Counted from the stretch's first letter, positions 36,508-46,362 are shown. The stretch: 64,000 bases of DNA from Nitrospira sp. CG24E (GCA_002869895.2 NEWP02000009.1:24601-88600); one strand, 5' to 3'. Numbers and translations: made by a program. Notes: a model not told the origin generated them from the letters alone.

Positions 36508-37743
36508 TCACGTTTCACGCCTACCACGCTCTGCGAGCCATGCCGCCGCCCCTGCGCCTGCCGCCTGACCGGTGGCAAAACAGGCGGTGAGTAGATAGCC
36601 TCCCGTCGGCGCCTCCCAATCCAACATTTCTCCGGCACAAAACAGCCCAGGCAGCGTCCTGACCATCAACCGTTCGTCGAGCGCCTCGAAAGCCACTCCA
36701 CCGGCCGTGCTGATCGCCTCCTCCAGTGGCCGGGGCGCGACAAGCCGCAAGGGCAAAGATTTAATGGCAGCAGCCAGACGAACCGGATCTGTAAAGTCTT
36801 CTTTCGAGACGACTTCACGAAGCAAGCCCGCCTTCACACCTTCGATATGAGCTTGCCGTTGAAGATGTGTGGCCATGGTGCGCTTGCCGCGCGGACGCGA
36901 CAAGTCATGAATCAAACGGGGCGCATCACGATCGGGAGCCAGGTCCAAACGCAATGTGGCGACACTCTTCGCCGAGATTTCATCGCGAAGAGCGGCGGAG
37001 ACAGCATAGACCACGCCGCCTTCTACTCCGGTCTTGGTGATCACGAACTCCCCCGGATGCCAGGACTCACCGCCGGCAGCATTCCGCATGACAATCGCCA
37101 CCGACTTGACCGGCGACCCGGCAAATTTGGCAAGAAAATGTTCGCTCCAGCCCACGTCGAATCCACAGTTCGCCGGTCGCAACGGTGAAATCCGAAGGCC
37201 ACGTTCTGCCAACATCGAGACCCAGGAAGCATCGGAACCGAGTGCTGGCCAACTGCCTCCACCGAGTGCAAGCACCACTGCATCGGGCTGGACAGAGAGC
37301 TTTCCCTCCGGTGTCGCAAAACACAAAGCCCCCTGCTCGTTCCAGCCGGACCACCGATGACGCATGTGAAATTGCACACCGGCCTGACGCAATCGGCGTA
37401 GCCAGGCGCGCAGCAATGGCGCCGCTTTGAGATCGGCAGGAAATATGCGCCCGGAAGAACCGACAAACGTTTCGATGCCGAGGCTTGCAGCCCAGGTCCG
37501 AAGCGCAGCTGGTCCAAACGACGAAAGCAGCGGCGCTATTTTTGCGCTCCGTGCCCCATAGCGTGAGAGAAACTTCTGAGCCGGTTCCGAATGCGTCAAA
37601 TTCAGGCCGCCTTTTCCTGCCAGAAGAAATTTACGGCCGACCGACGCCATGGCATCGTAAAGATCGACTTGGAAGCCTGCGCCATTCGCCGCCTCTGCAG
37701 CCATGAGCCCGGCCGGCCCTCCACCGACAATAGCAATGTTCAT
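36508..37743 (-). CDS. HI0933/BaiN-like NAD(P)/FAD-dependent flavoprotein (TIGR03862-like)
   Basis: MNIAIVGGGPAGLMAAE dinucleotide fold; C-terminal CAGEMLDWEAPTGGYLL. Start set at the internal Met at 37743. Confidence 0.75.
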   Translation of the reverse strand: MNIAIVGGGPAGLMAAEAANGAGFQVDLYDAMASVGRKFLLAGKGGLNLTHSEPAQKFLSRYGARSAKIAPLLSSFGPAALRTWAASLGIETFVGSSGRIFPADLKAAPLLRAWLRRLRQAGVQFHMRHRWSGWNEQGALCFATPEGKLSVQPDAVVLALGGGSWPALGSDASWVSMLAERGLRISPLRPANCGFDVGWSEHFLAKFAGSPVKSVAIVMRNAAGGESWHPGEFVITKTGVEGGVVYAVSAALRDEISAKSVATLRLDLAPDRDAPRLIHDLSRPRGKRTMATHLQRQAHIEGVKAGLLREVVSKEDFTDPVRLAAAIKSLPLRLVAPRPLEEAISTAGGVAFEALDERLMVRTLPGLFCAGEMLDWEAPTGGYLLTACFATGQAAGAGAAAWLAERGRRET

Positions 37744-37780
37744 CTGAATCCCATCGGTTGTACGGCCCAATGTCTCACAA

Positions 37781-37836
37781 CTGGTCTGTTTGGTTGAACC
37801 GGATTGATGAGATATGCCAGACAATCCAGATCAGCC
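37781..37836. repeat. phased-unit hairpin repeat (short copy)
   Basis: CTGGTCTGTTTGGTTGAACCGGATTGATGAGATATGCCAGACAATCCAGATCAG. Confidence 0.6.
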
Positions 37837-37922
37837 CATAGGCATCACGAGACCCTACACTCAGGAAGGGAGCTGGTCAACCAAGCCTTTGGTGGGTTCA
37901 AGAAATTCTGAGCGTTTCTCGA

Positions 37923-38276
37923 TTGCAAACAGGCTATACTCACACACCGATGGATGAACAGGAGCTGATACAGGTCGTTGAGCTTCGAATCAGCTACCGC
38001 TATGCCACGGCGAACCCCTGGGTGGTGCAGGCCATCGGAGGTTTTTTGTCGGCCTATTTCATGGAGTACCCAGGGTTTCGTGTGCAACGGCACATCGAAG
38101 AGCTGGAATCAGGCACACACCTATGGATTTGCGAGGTCCCTCAAACCATGAAATTCCTGAGGCTGCTGAAACGGCTGAAGGAAGATATTCCCCCTTGCCA
38201 TGCGCATGAGATTGCCATTGATCCATCTGCGCGACCTCGGTATCTCATCGATTGTCTGACTGAGCCGGAAGGATAA
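37923..38276 (+). CDS. hypothetical protein
   Basis: 117-aa ORF in an otherwise empty gap. No motifs; start uncertain. Confidence 0.3.
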   Translation: MQTGYTHTPMDEQELIQVVELRISYRYATANPWVVQAIGGFLSAYFMEYPGFRVQRHIEELESGTHLWICEVPQTMKFLRLLKRLKEDIPPCHAHEIAIDPSARPRYLIDCLTEPEG

Positions 38277-38280
38277 TCCA

Positions 38281-38390
38281 GCGAGACGGGCGAGACAAGC
38301 GAGACTGGTCTATCTGGTCTGTCCTGTCTATCTAGTCGATCTGGATCTCCACTTGGTCTAGTTCAACCAAATAAACGAGATAGACCACCA
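38281..38390. repeat. phased-unit long hairpin repeat overlapping the galE 3' end
   Basis: GAGACTGGTCTATCTGGTCTGTCCTGTCTATCTAGTCGATCTGG...GTTCAACCAAATAAACGAGATAGACCACC. Confidence 0.85.
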
Positions 38391-39427
38391 TAGCCATCGG
38401 GATTCGTACTCTGCCAGCGCCAAGCATCGGCGCACATGGCACTGAGCCCCCGTTCTGCCCGCCAGCCTAACAGTTCAAATGCCCGTTGCGGGTCGGCATA
38501 GCAGGAGGCTATGTCGCCGAGCCGTCGAGGCGCAATCTTGTGAGCCACAGACCGCCCGCTTGCCTGCTCAAAGGCTTTCACAATATCCAGCACGCTATAG
38601 CCCGTGCCGGTACCCAAATTCACGGTCAGACACTCGCTCATCGTTGGCGATCGCTCCAAAGCCGTCAAGGCTTTCAGGTGGCCCAAGGCCAAATCCACGA
38701 CATGAATATAGTCTCGCACCCCGGTCCCATCCGGAGTCGGATAATCGTTGCCCCACACGTTGAGGTAGGCGCGTCGCCCCACTGCCACCTGACCGACAAA
38801 GGGCAACAAATTATTGGGAATACCCTGAGGGTCTTCACCGATTAAGCCGCTCGCGTGGGCGCCGGCAGGATTGAAATATCGTAGGAGACCAAGTCGCCAG
38901 GAAGGATCGCTGCGGTGCAGGTCGCGCAAGATCTCCTCGATGATCAGCTTCGTTCGCCCATAGGGATTAGTGGCAGAGAGGGGATGATCTTCCGTCAGAG
39001 GCAACCGAATCGGGTCGCCATAGACTGTGGCGGAGGAGCTAAACACCAGGGTCTTCACTCCACAAGCCCCCATTGCCTCAAGCAGACGCAGCGTACCGAC
39101 CACATTGTTGTCGTAGTAAGCCAGCGGTTGCGTCGCCGACTCCCCCACCGCCTTAAGTCCGGCAAAGTGGATCACCGCACTAGCCCCACTTTCCCGCAGG
39201 GCCATTTCCAAAGCCGCGCGGTCTCGGATGTCGCCTCGCACCAGGCGCAGCTTCTTCCCCGTGATTCGCTCTACCCGCGCCAGCGCTTCAGGATGGCTAT
39301 TGGAAAAATTGTCGAACACGGTGACATCACACCCCGCGTCGAGCAATTCCACGCAGGTATGTGAACCGATATAGCCGGCGCCGCCGGTGACAAAAATCAT
39401 AGACGCCTCGCTATGAGGAGATGACAC
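38363..39427 (-). CDS. galE: UDP-glucose 4-epimerase
   Basis: VTGGAGYIGSH, YGRTK (YxxxK), extended SDR. Start probably MIFVTGG at 39400. The last about 8 codons and the stop are supplied by the repeat. Confidence 0.92.
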   Translation of the reverse strand: MSSPHSEASMIFVTGGAGYIGSHTCVELLDAGCDVTVFDNFSNSHPEALARVERITGKKLRLVRGDIRDRAALEMALRESGASAVIHFAGLKAVGESATQPLAYYDNNVVGTLRLLEAMGACGVKTLVFSSSATVYGDPIRLPLTEDHPLSATNPYGRTKLIIEEILRDLHRSDPSWRLGLLRYFNPAGAHASGLIGEDPQGIPNNLLPFVGQVAVGRRAYLNVWGNDYPTPDGTGVRDYIHVVDLALGHLKALTALERSPTMSECLTVNLGTGTGYSVLDIVKAFEQASGRSVAHKIAPRRLGDIASCYADPQRAFELLGWRAERGLSAMCADAWRWQSTNPDGYGGLSRLFG

Positions 39428-39616
39428 TAGAACCTAACCAGACAAGAGATCCACGTCAAGAAATGACTGGTAACTCAGCGGACACCGTTGCGGCCTGTCT
39501 CGGTGACAGGGTGCCAGCCGCTTCTTGAAATCGGTAATTGCACATCGCCCTCGGACGTTCAATTACTTGGGGAGGTTCAGATACCTACTCAGGCGAAGGG
39601 CCGCACTGGGAAAGGG

Positions 39617-39967
39617 TTAGGGAGCGGATGATTTATCGTTTCGATAGAATCGGACCTGAACTTTCTCCATAGTAGCCAGCAGGCCTGAGTGAATGTGCTG
39701 CTCGACAAATGAGAGAAAGGTCTCCAGTTTGTCTGTCGTATCCACCAGTTCGATGATCATGGGAAGGTCTTCCGATAGTCGCTCAATCTTGAAGCTGTGT
39801 ATCACGCGAGTAGTGGCGCCAAATCCCATGAGACCGCGGAGAACCGTGGCTCCTGCCAACCCCTGCGTTTTGGCCTGAACCACAATCCATTCGTACAGCG
39901 GCTGTTTTTCATACCGGTCGCTCTCGCCGACGAAGATACGGAGCAATGAACCGTCTGCAGGAAGCAT
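39617..39967 (-). CDS. DUF190 (UPF0166) PII-like protein commonly linked to crcB
   Basis: LLRIFVGESDRYEKQPLYEWIVVQAKTQGLAGATVLRGLMGFG signature. Confidence 0.75.
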   Translation of the reverse strand: MLPADGSLLRIFVGESDRYEKQPLYEWIVVQAKTQGLAGATVLRGLMGFGATTRVIHSFKIERLSEDLPMIIELVDTTDKLETFLSFVEQHIHSGLLATMEKVQVRFYRNDKSSAP

Positions 39968-39970
39968 GAT

Positions 39971-40369
39971 TTATCTCCAGATCGCATAGGCCAATGCATA
40001 GCCGAGCCAGACTGCTCCAAGCCCTAGCAACACTTGTGTGCCGACATTCATCAGCGCGAGTGCGGCTTCCCCATCCCGCATCAAATTCATGGTTTCATTG
40101 CCGAAGGCGGAAAAGGTGGTAAACCCGCCGAGAATACCGACAACCAGAAATGCCCGCGTTTCGGTGCCGAGAAGTGCGCGAGTATCAACCAGTTCTGACA
40201 AGAAACCAATGCAAAAGCAGCCAAGGATATTGACGGCCAGCGTGCCGTAGGGAAACGCGACGCTCTGGCTGAGCGTTTGCACTGTGCCCCCGATTACATA
40301 GCGGAGGACGGAACCAATAAACCCACCGGTCCCAATTAGCAACAGTTTGATTACCATGTGAGCGACCAA
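39971..40369 (-). CDS. crcB: fluoride ion channel CrcB/FluC
   Basis: GGFIGSVLRY, GILGGFTTFSAF motifs; four TM helices. Confidence 0.9.
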   Translation of the reverse strand: MVAHMVIKLLLIGTGGFIGSVLRYVIGGTVQTLSQSVAFPYGTLAVNILGCFCIGFLSELVDTRALLGTETRAFLVVGILGGFTTFSAFGNETMNLMRDGEAALALMNVGTQVLLGLGAVWLGYALAYAIWR

Positions 40370-40448
40370 GCAATCTGGCTACACTATACGAAACATCCAC
40401 TCCTGCAGGAAAGACTGGTTCAGCGATTTTACAAGGCAGAGTTTCGAT

Positions 40449-40545
40449 CCGGTCTATTTGGTTGATCTGGTCTATCTCGTTTATTTGGTTGAACCAGACT
40501 GAATGAAGATTGCGATAGACGAGACAGACTAGATAGACCGGACAG
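40449..40545. repeat. phased-unit long hairpin repeat
   Basis: CCGGTCTATTTGGTTGATCTGGTCTATCTCGTTTATTTGGTTGAACCAGAC...GATAGACGAGACAGACTAGATAGACCGG. Confidence 0.85.
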
Positions 40546-40562
40546 ACATGACCCCGGCCTGT

Positions 40563-41987
40563 TCACCCGTGAGACTTCTCCGATGCTGGAGGTTTGGACT
40601 CGCCCGGAAATTTCTTGCGAAGGAGAGTTCGTCCAAGAATTGTAATCCCCAATGCGAGGCCCAACGAGACGGGAACGAACAATGCCGAAGCAATCTCCGC
40701 ACTGCGGAGCCACCCCATCTCATGAAACCCTTTAAAAATGTAGGCCATGAGCCCGCTGAGGTAGTAGGCAATCACGATTACCGACAGACCTTCAACCGTA
40801 TACTGGAGGATGGCCTGACTCTTCGTCGTCTTATCGACGCTGGTCAGGAGAGTCAGATTTTGCGATTGGAGCGTGAGATCGACACGCGCGCGAATGATGG
40901 AAATGACCCCTTCAAACCCACTGCGAAGGTTGTCGATCCGCTTCAACAGTTGTTGATAGCCCTCGGCTACTCCCGTGATGCCGCTGAGCACGTAGTCCGA
41001 CAGAGGGCGGTACAGGGGCAACGTCCGTTCGTCCAGCGATGCCAACGTCCGTTGCACAATCTTATCGTAAGGGACAGAAGAGGATAATTCGAAATGCAAC
41101 CGGCCGGCCAGACGAGTGGTTTTCAACAAATCTTGCGTCAGCCCATTGAGCCAACGTTGGAGGGTCTGAGAGTCCGCGTGGCCGATATGTCCGGTGATGA
41201 TTTCACGCTGCTTCATGTGCACCTGCTCGAACTTATAGGCCTGATCGACCGCCGCCATAAACAATGGCTTCTGCATGAGCAACAGGTGGTAATAGGTTTC
41301 GATCCGGACAATCGCATCGACGATGTCCTTCAAGTGGGAGCTACTGGATCTGCCGGACCCGACAGTGACCCAATAGCGCTCGCGGCCATGTTCGTCCGGG
41401 GTAAAGCTGGTGAGCAACGATGTCTCCTCATCGAGAATCCGGCTGCCATAGATGACCGGCCCAGGAAACAGAGGGTGCAACGTCTCGCTAGCAGGTACTG
41501 GATCGGTCATGAGCAGAATATCCAGCCGGCACACTTCTGCGCCGAGCGGTGTGATGACGGGCCGCGACTGCGGGAAGGTCATCGGACCAAACGTCACCTT
41601 GTCAGCCTGCCCGGAGGGAATATGCCAGGTTTGATGGCTGTAGTATTCCGTATGAGCTTCCCAGATCATGACCATCCGATCGCCTGATTCGTCCACTTTG
41701 ATGCCATAGCCAAACTCGTCGCGAAGGAGCATCGCGTCTGCGGAGACCTTGAAGGCCTCCAGAAGAGACTTGAACTCGGCTCGGCTCGCCGGTCGCTGCA
41801 CCGGCGGATCGCTCATGCGAAAGGCCTTATAATGGACATGCGCAGGGGCTCGCAGCCATTCAGCCAAGGGCATCTGTGGCCGCTCATGCAATTTCCGCAT
41901 GAACTCGCCTGTATGGGGCTTGGCGATTTCAGGCTCAGCCATACGAGCACTCCCGCGAAGTGGATAAGGAGCAGGAAACGATGCCAA
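40563..41987 (-). CDS. DUF3422-like membrane-anchored protein
   Basis: MIWEAHTEYYSHQTW (ErHTEf-type motif); two C-terminal TM helices; about 460 aa. Start may be MAEPEI at 41942. Confidence 0.5.
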   Translation of the reverse strand: MASFPAPYPLRGSARMAEPEIAKPHTGEFMRKLHERPQMPLAEWLRAPAHVHYKAFRMSDPPVQRPASRAEFKSLLEAFKVSADAMLLRDEFGYGIKVDESGDRMVMIWEAHTEYYSHQTWHIPSGQADKVTFGPMTFPQSRPVITPLGAEVCRLDILLMTDPVPASETLHPLFPGPVIYGSRILDEETSLLTSFTPDEHGRERYWVTVGSGRSSSSHLKDIVDAIVRIETYYHLLLMQKPLFMAAVDQAYKFEQVHMKQREIITGHIGHADSQTLQRWLNGLTQDLLKTTRLAGRLHFELSSSVPYDKIVQRTLASLDERTLPLYRPLSDYVLSGITGVAEGYQQLLKRIDNLRSGFEGVISIIRARVDLTLQSQNLTLLTSVDKTTKSQAILQYTVEGLSVIVIAYYLSGLMAYIFKGFHEMGWLRSAEIASALFVPVSLGLALGITILGRTLLRKKFPGESKPPASEKSHG

Positions 41988-42044
41988 GGCTACTGTCTTG
42001 CCGACAACCCTGTCAACCGACTCTCGACGTCGATCTGGTCCGGC

Positions 42045-42734
42045 TTAGGCCTTCACACGCGAAAGCGTGTTCTGATCACGGTGATGAAATAGATTGGCCT
42101 GGCCGGGAATTTGGAGTTGCGTATCCTGCTCATAGTAAAACCGGTCACCATCGAGAAACGTGACGGTCAACTCATACCGCACCGTCTTAAATGCCTTGTC
42201 TAAAAATAGATTCGAGCAAATGCCGTAGGTATGTGACGAGACATCCGCTGCGAGTGAAAAGGACTTGGCCGACGGCTCGACCGTGCCTCCGGCAATCACC
42301 GAGACTCCTCGTGGCACGATGAAGCAACGGGTGACTTGTTTGGCCTCAGCATCCCACAGCCAATAACCGAGATCCTCATGAAAGGGATCCGCCTCGCCGA
42401 TACGCCAGGCCGTCGTGATATACCGCAATCCATAGAGTGTTTGCTCGTGATTACGCACAGGGTTCAACGGCTCGAAGGCCATTCTCTCTCGAAACTGATT
42501 GCGCTCCGTACCGCGGTCATCCGATGGGGCACTGTCTTCACCCGTCGTCCCTTCCCAAACACCAGCCAAGGTTGCAAGCGGACCAAGCTGCGCGATCAGA
42601 CCAGTATCCATCATTCCCCTCCCATCGTATCCCTGAAAAATTGGCCCATTCCCACGGACGCGCCTCTGTACTTTTGCCATAACTTTGAAAGGAGAAACAA
42701 CCGGCCTGCAGGATGAGTCGAAGAAAACTAGCAA
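42045..42734 (-). CDS. heme-binding beta-barrel (nitrobindin/THAP4-like, DUF1794) protein
   Basis: LGPLATLAGVWEG, LYGLRY, FHEDLGYWLWD, HHRDQNTL pattern. Start uncertain (42734, 42680 or 42614). Confidence 0.6.
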   Translation of the reverse strand: MLVFFDSSCRPVVSPFKVMAKVQRRVRGNGPIFQGYDGRGMMDTGLIAQLGPLATLAGVWEGTTGEDSAPSDDRGTERNQFRERMAFEPLNPVRNHEQTLYGLRYITTAWRIGEADPFHEDLGYWLWDAEAKQVTRCFIVPRGVSVIAGGTVEPSAKSFSLAADVSSHTYGICSNLFLDKAFKTVRYELTVTFLDGDRFYYEQDTQLQIPGQANLFHHRDQNTLSRVKA

Positions 42735-42848
42735 TCATCCCCAGTGACAGGAACAATGTAATAGACCAGGCCGGTTGCAGTCTGCTTCATGATCCTGTGG
42801 CTTTAGTTACAGAATGCGGTGAAGCATGAATGGAAGTGGAAAGAGCGC

Positions 42849-43202
42849 TTAGTACGACGGCAATGACCGGTCAAGAGCAGGAAGCTTGAGAAGAAAACGA
42901 ATACCGACTAGATGCATATCTGCACTGGCCTCTACCGGAATGGGACGGGTCCAACAGACCTCTCCCAGCTTGGCGAGCTGCTCATTCCTTGTCTCTGAAG
43001 GCACTTGAATTTCAAATATCTGTCTCTTGGCTACTTCTTCCGGGAGCAAGAGTAGCATGCCGCCGACGCTCGTATTGATCGAATACCCCGATCCTTCTAT
43101 CAAGCGAACCGTGGAACCATCCACATGCCTTATCAGCGCGTAGGGGTGTTCTTGCATGGAGGAGACACGCTTGTTTTCTCTTTGTTTGTGTTCGGTTGTC
43201 AT
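42849..43202 (-). CDS. possible PilZ-domain protein
   Basis: Weak PilZ-like pattern (..SINTSVGGMLLL...). Start set at MTTEHK. Confidence 0.35.
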   Translation of the reverse strand: MTTEHKQRENKRVSSMQEHPYALIRHVDGSTVRLIEGSGYSINTSVGGMLLLLPEEVAKRQIFEIQVPSETRNEQLAKLGEVCWTRPIPVEASADMHLVGIRFLLKLPALDRSLPSY

Positions 43203-43500
43203 TGTAAGTTCCAAATTGTTGTAAGCTGCTACTGCATGATCCGACAGTGGCAGATTCTGCTCCTGAGCCGCGAGACATAACAAGCCTACTTTCGTAGGCC
43301 GAATTCCACGAAAGATGCCGAGATATGTTTCCGTCTAATTGTCCGCAAATCGCCGAGCCTGCCTAATCGCAAACAAAAATACTCTCTTGCCTGTACCAGC
43401 TTTCCTGCTGCCAGCAGTCCTGTTTCCTGCTGTTGATTTATCCAGCGGTTCAGCGTAGGAATTGGGCCGATAGATACAACCGCCTTACCAGGACCTTTCT

Positions 43501-44793
43501 ATGTCAGAGCCGACAATTACCTGCCCCAACTGCAAAACCGAGATCAAACTGACAGAATCGCTCGCAGCCCCCTTGATCGAGTCCACCCGCAGGGACTACG
43601 AGAAACGGCTGGCGCTGAAAGACCACGACATCGCTCAGAAAGAAGAGTCTGTACGAGCGCGTGAAGAAGCGGTCTCACAAGCCAAACACACCATCGACGA
43701 TCAAGTCGAAGAAAAGTTGCTGTTGGAACGAGCGAAGATCGTCACGGAAGAATCCAAGAAAGCCAAACTCGCCCTGCAGACGGATATCGACCAGAAGACA
43801 AGAGAACTGGCCGAACTGCAGGACGTCCTGAATCAACGTGAAGTCAAACTCGCCGAGGCTCAAAAGGCACAGGCTGATCTCATCCGGCAAAAGCGGGAAC
43901 TGGACGATGCCAAGCGCGAGCTGGAACTCACCGTCGAAAAGCGCGTGCAGGACGGACTCTCCGCCACCCGCGAGCAGGCCAAGAAAGAAGCGGAGGAAAG
44001 CCTCAAGCTGAAAGTCATGGAAGCCGAACAGACCATCGCCTCCATGCAGACCCAGATCGAAGAACTGAAGCGCAGAGCCGAACAGGGATCTCAGCAACTC
44101 CAGGGCGAAGTCCAGGAACTGGAACTCGAAACCCTGCTCAGAGCCAAGTTTCCCAGGGACACCATTGAGCCGGTCCCCAAGGGCGAGTTCGGTGGTGATA
44201 CCCTGCACCGGATCATCGGTCCTCTCGGTCAGCTCTGTGGAACGATCTTATGGGAATCCAAGCGGACCAAGAATTGGAGCGACGGCTGGCTGGTCAAGCT
44301 TCGCGACGATCAGCGGGCGGCCAAAGCCGAAATCGCCGTCATCGTCAGTCAGGTCCTCCCCAAGGGCGTCGAGTCGTTCGATCTCATAGACGGAGTCTGG
44401 GTCACCCATTCACGATCGATGCTCTCCGTCGCAGTAGCGCTACGGCACTCCTTAATCGAGGTTGCATCAGCCCGGCAGGCGCTTGAAGGACAACAGACCA
44501 AGACAGAGATGGTCTACCAGTACCTCACCGGTCCAAGGTTCCGCCATCGGGTTCAAGCCATCGTCGAAGCCTTCTCGTCCATGCAAGAAGACTTAGACAA
44601 GGAAAAGAAAGCCATAACCAAACAATGGGCCAAACGCGAAGAACAGATCGAGCGTGTCATGGGTGCAACCGTAGGCATGTACGGCGACTTACAGGCAATC
44701 GCAGGAAAATCGCTGCAAGAAATAGCGGGGCTCGAACTAACGGCGTTGGAATCCAACAACCCAACGGAACAATTGCTTCTCGATCAGGACTGA
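43501..44793 (+). CDS. DUF2130 protein (N-terminal Zn ribbon, long coiled coil, C-terminal nuclease-like module)
   Basis: ITCPNCKTEIKLTESLAAPLIE, then ILWESKRTKNWSDGWLVKLRDDQRAAKAEIAVIVSQVLPKG..DGVWV. Confidence 0.6.
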   Translation: MSEPTITCPNCKTEIKLTESLAAPLIESTRRDYEKRLALKDHDIAQKEESVRAREEAVSQAKHTIDDQVEEKLLLERAKIVTEESKKAKLALQTDIDQKTRELAELQDVLNQREVKLAEAQKAQADLIRQKRELDDAKRELELTVEKRVQDGLSATREQAKKEAEESLKLKVMEAEQTIASMQTQIEELKRRAEQGSQQLQGEVQELELETLLRAKFPRDTIEPVPKGEFGGDTLHRIIGPLGQLCGTILWESKRTKNWSDGWLVKLRDDQRAAKAEIAVIVSQVLPKGVESFDLIDGVWVTHSRSMLSVAVALRHSLIEVASARQALEGQQTKTEMVYQYLTGPRFRHRVQAIVEAFSSMQEDLDKEKKAITKQWAKREEQIERVMGATVGMYGDLQAIAGKSLQEIAGLELTALESNNPTEQLLLDQD

Positions 44794-45186
44794 TTCTGGT
44801 CACGACGCTGTGGCTGCATAGGAAATAACTAATCTTCGATGCGCAGAAGCGGGGTGGCATAGCCCTCAGCTCCAGCGCCTCCCGGAACAGCCCTTTCGGA
44901 CTTTGCCAGGCGGAAGCCTTCTCTAATTCATTCCTGCCCCACATTATTCATGAGCGCGTATACTGCAATCGCCGATCCGCTGCTCCGACAAGCGCTTGGC
45001 CGACAGCCTCAACCCACGGTGATTTTCGAAAACGGTTTCTGCTACCTCCCCCCTTGGTAGCCTAGTGGTAGCAGAAGTCTCTACCTTGTTCTGATGTTGC
45101 ATGAGTTTTGACCGCAGCGAACTATGAAACCGCAGGTTGTTAGTCATTGTAGCTTTCATTTGAAGCCCTCGGTATAGTGCTCCGCC

Positions 45187-45876
45187 ATGAGCACCAGTTG
45201 GGATTATTGGGCTATTCGTCTATTGCCGTTTCTCTTCCCAGTAGCCGTAACTCTCGCGGTTGTTTTTTACAATAAAGCCAAACCAGAGCATGCCCTATGG
45301 TTAGGGTATACTGCCTTTCTGATTCTAGGACTCTTTACCGTCGCACTAATTCACGACAGGATGTATGCGGAAACGGAAACATCCGGCCTATTACGTCCCG
45401 CCAGTGAGCCAACACCTCCGCATCCAGTGTGTGGAACAGTCCCAGAAGGTGCGGTTGCTCTCTTGTATGGAGATTCGGTTTCATACGTGACTCGGTTTCC
45501 TCACACTGTCCTCCGTGTAGTTGGAGAAGATTTGCTCTCCGTCAACCTAAAGGATGGTGGCATTGCAGTTTCTGCCAAGATATACAGTGGAGACCGAAAG
45601 CTTGTTGCTGAAATTATTGACAACGAGTTTCATATAAACCCAACAAACTACTTCCGCCGAGAGCGGCCAGATCTACATACACTCACGGTGTACGATCAGC
45701 AGGGACAGAGAGCCCTATATGTTCGATATCTCAACTCCACTGCTATCACGGTCCTCGGAGCGTTCCATACTGCAAGAGGTCTTATTCGCATTGAAGAAAA
45801 GGGCGTTCACGTTCAAGGGAATGTGTTTTCAGGTGCCTGCAATATAAATGTCACGATCGCCATCAATATCAATTGA
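45187..45876 (+). CDS. hypothetical membrane protein on an AT-richer segment
   Basis: Two N-terminal TM helices then a beta-rich domain. Composition is visibly lower in GC than the flanks. Confidence 0.4.
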   Translation: MSTSWDYWAIRLLPFLFPVAVTLAVVFYNKAKPEHALWLGYTAFLILGLFTVALIHDRMYAETETSGLLRPASEPTPPHPVCGTVPEGAVALLYGDSVSYVTRFPHTVLRVVGEDLLSVNLKDGGIAVSAKIYSGDRKLVAEIIDNEFHINPTNYFRRERPDLHTLTVYDQQGQRALYVRYLNSTAITVLGAFHTARGLIRIEEKGVHVQGNVFSGACNINVTIAININ

Positions 45877-46159
45877 ACCTTCCCCTGCTACCAGAACAGG
45901 GCAAAACAGCCCCATCTAGCCCCCTGTCGGGAGAGTCGTGGTTTGTAGTTTCTTCTGGGGTTAGGTTGTCGGAGATAGTATCGGGGGGAGTCTGTAAACC
46001 GCAGGTTTTACAGATATCAGCCGAGACCGCGATGGTTCTCTCCAGCACGCGCGTGATCCCGATCCTCTGCTTTATCTTCAATGGCAGTCTGCTCGATCCT
46101 CAATTGCGCGCGTCAAACGATATATATGCTCCCTCCAAGCATGCTCGTGCTCTCTTCAG

Positions 46160-46362
46160 GGATGGAGTCTGATTGATCTCCCACTGCGCGCGTCCAACGA
46201 AGGCTGGTTCATTTGGTCTATTTCGTCTATCTGGTTTGTCTGGTTGATCTGACTGGAAATTCATCCGGAAGAACCAGACAGACCAGATAGACCAGCCGAC
46301 CAGACAGACAAACCCTGACGCGTTGCGCGAGCACAGGAGATCATCAGACTCCATCCCCCCAC
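46160..46362. repeat. composite: palindromic element (as at 29681-29785) with a phased-unit hairpin (46203-46314) nested in its loop
   Basis: Outer arms GATGGAGTCTGATTGATCTCCCACTGCGCGCGTCCAACG / CGTTGCGCGAGCACAGGAGATCATCAGACTCCATC. Inner GGTTCATTTGGTCTATTTCGTCTATCTGGTTTGTCTGGTT...AACCAGACAGACCAGATAGACCAGCC. Confidence 0.85.

Noticed and set aside
40370-40448. Expected fluoride riboswitch upstream of crcB
   Set aside because: I could not find the conserved GGNGAUGG...CCGCC...CUGAUGAU core on the minus strand of this leader. An Rfam RF01734 scan would settle it.
45040-45075. TAGCCTAGTGGTAGC, a tRNA D-loop-like sequence
   Set aside because: The surrounding sequence forms two simple hairpins (GCTACC/GGTAGC, GGTAG/CTACC), not a cloverleaf. 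There is no T-arm.
45126-46008. 12-nt match AAACCGCAGGTT on both sides of the low-GC gene 45187-45876, as possible att/IR sites
   Set aside because: Exact 12-mers are expected by chance many times in 64 kb. The flanking bases do not extend the match. The right copy is simply part of a local hairpin (CTGTAAACCGCAGGTTTTACAG).
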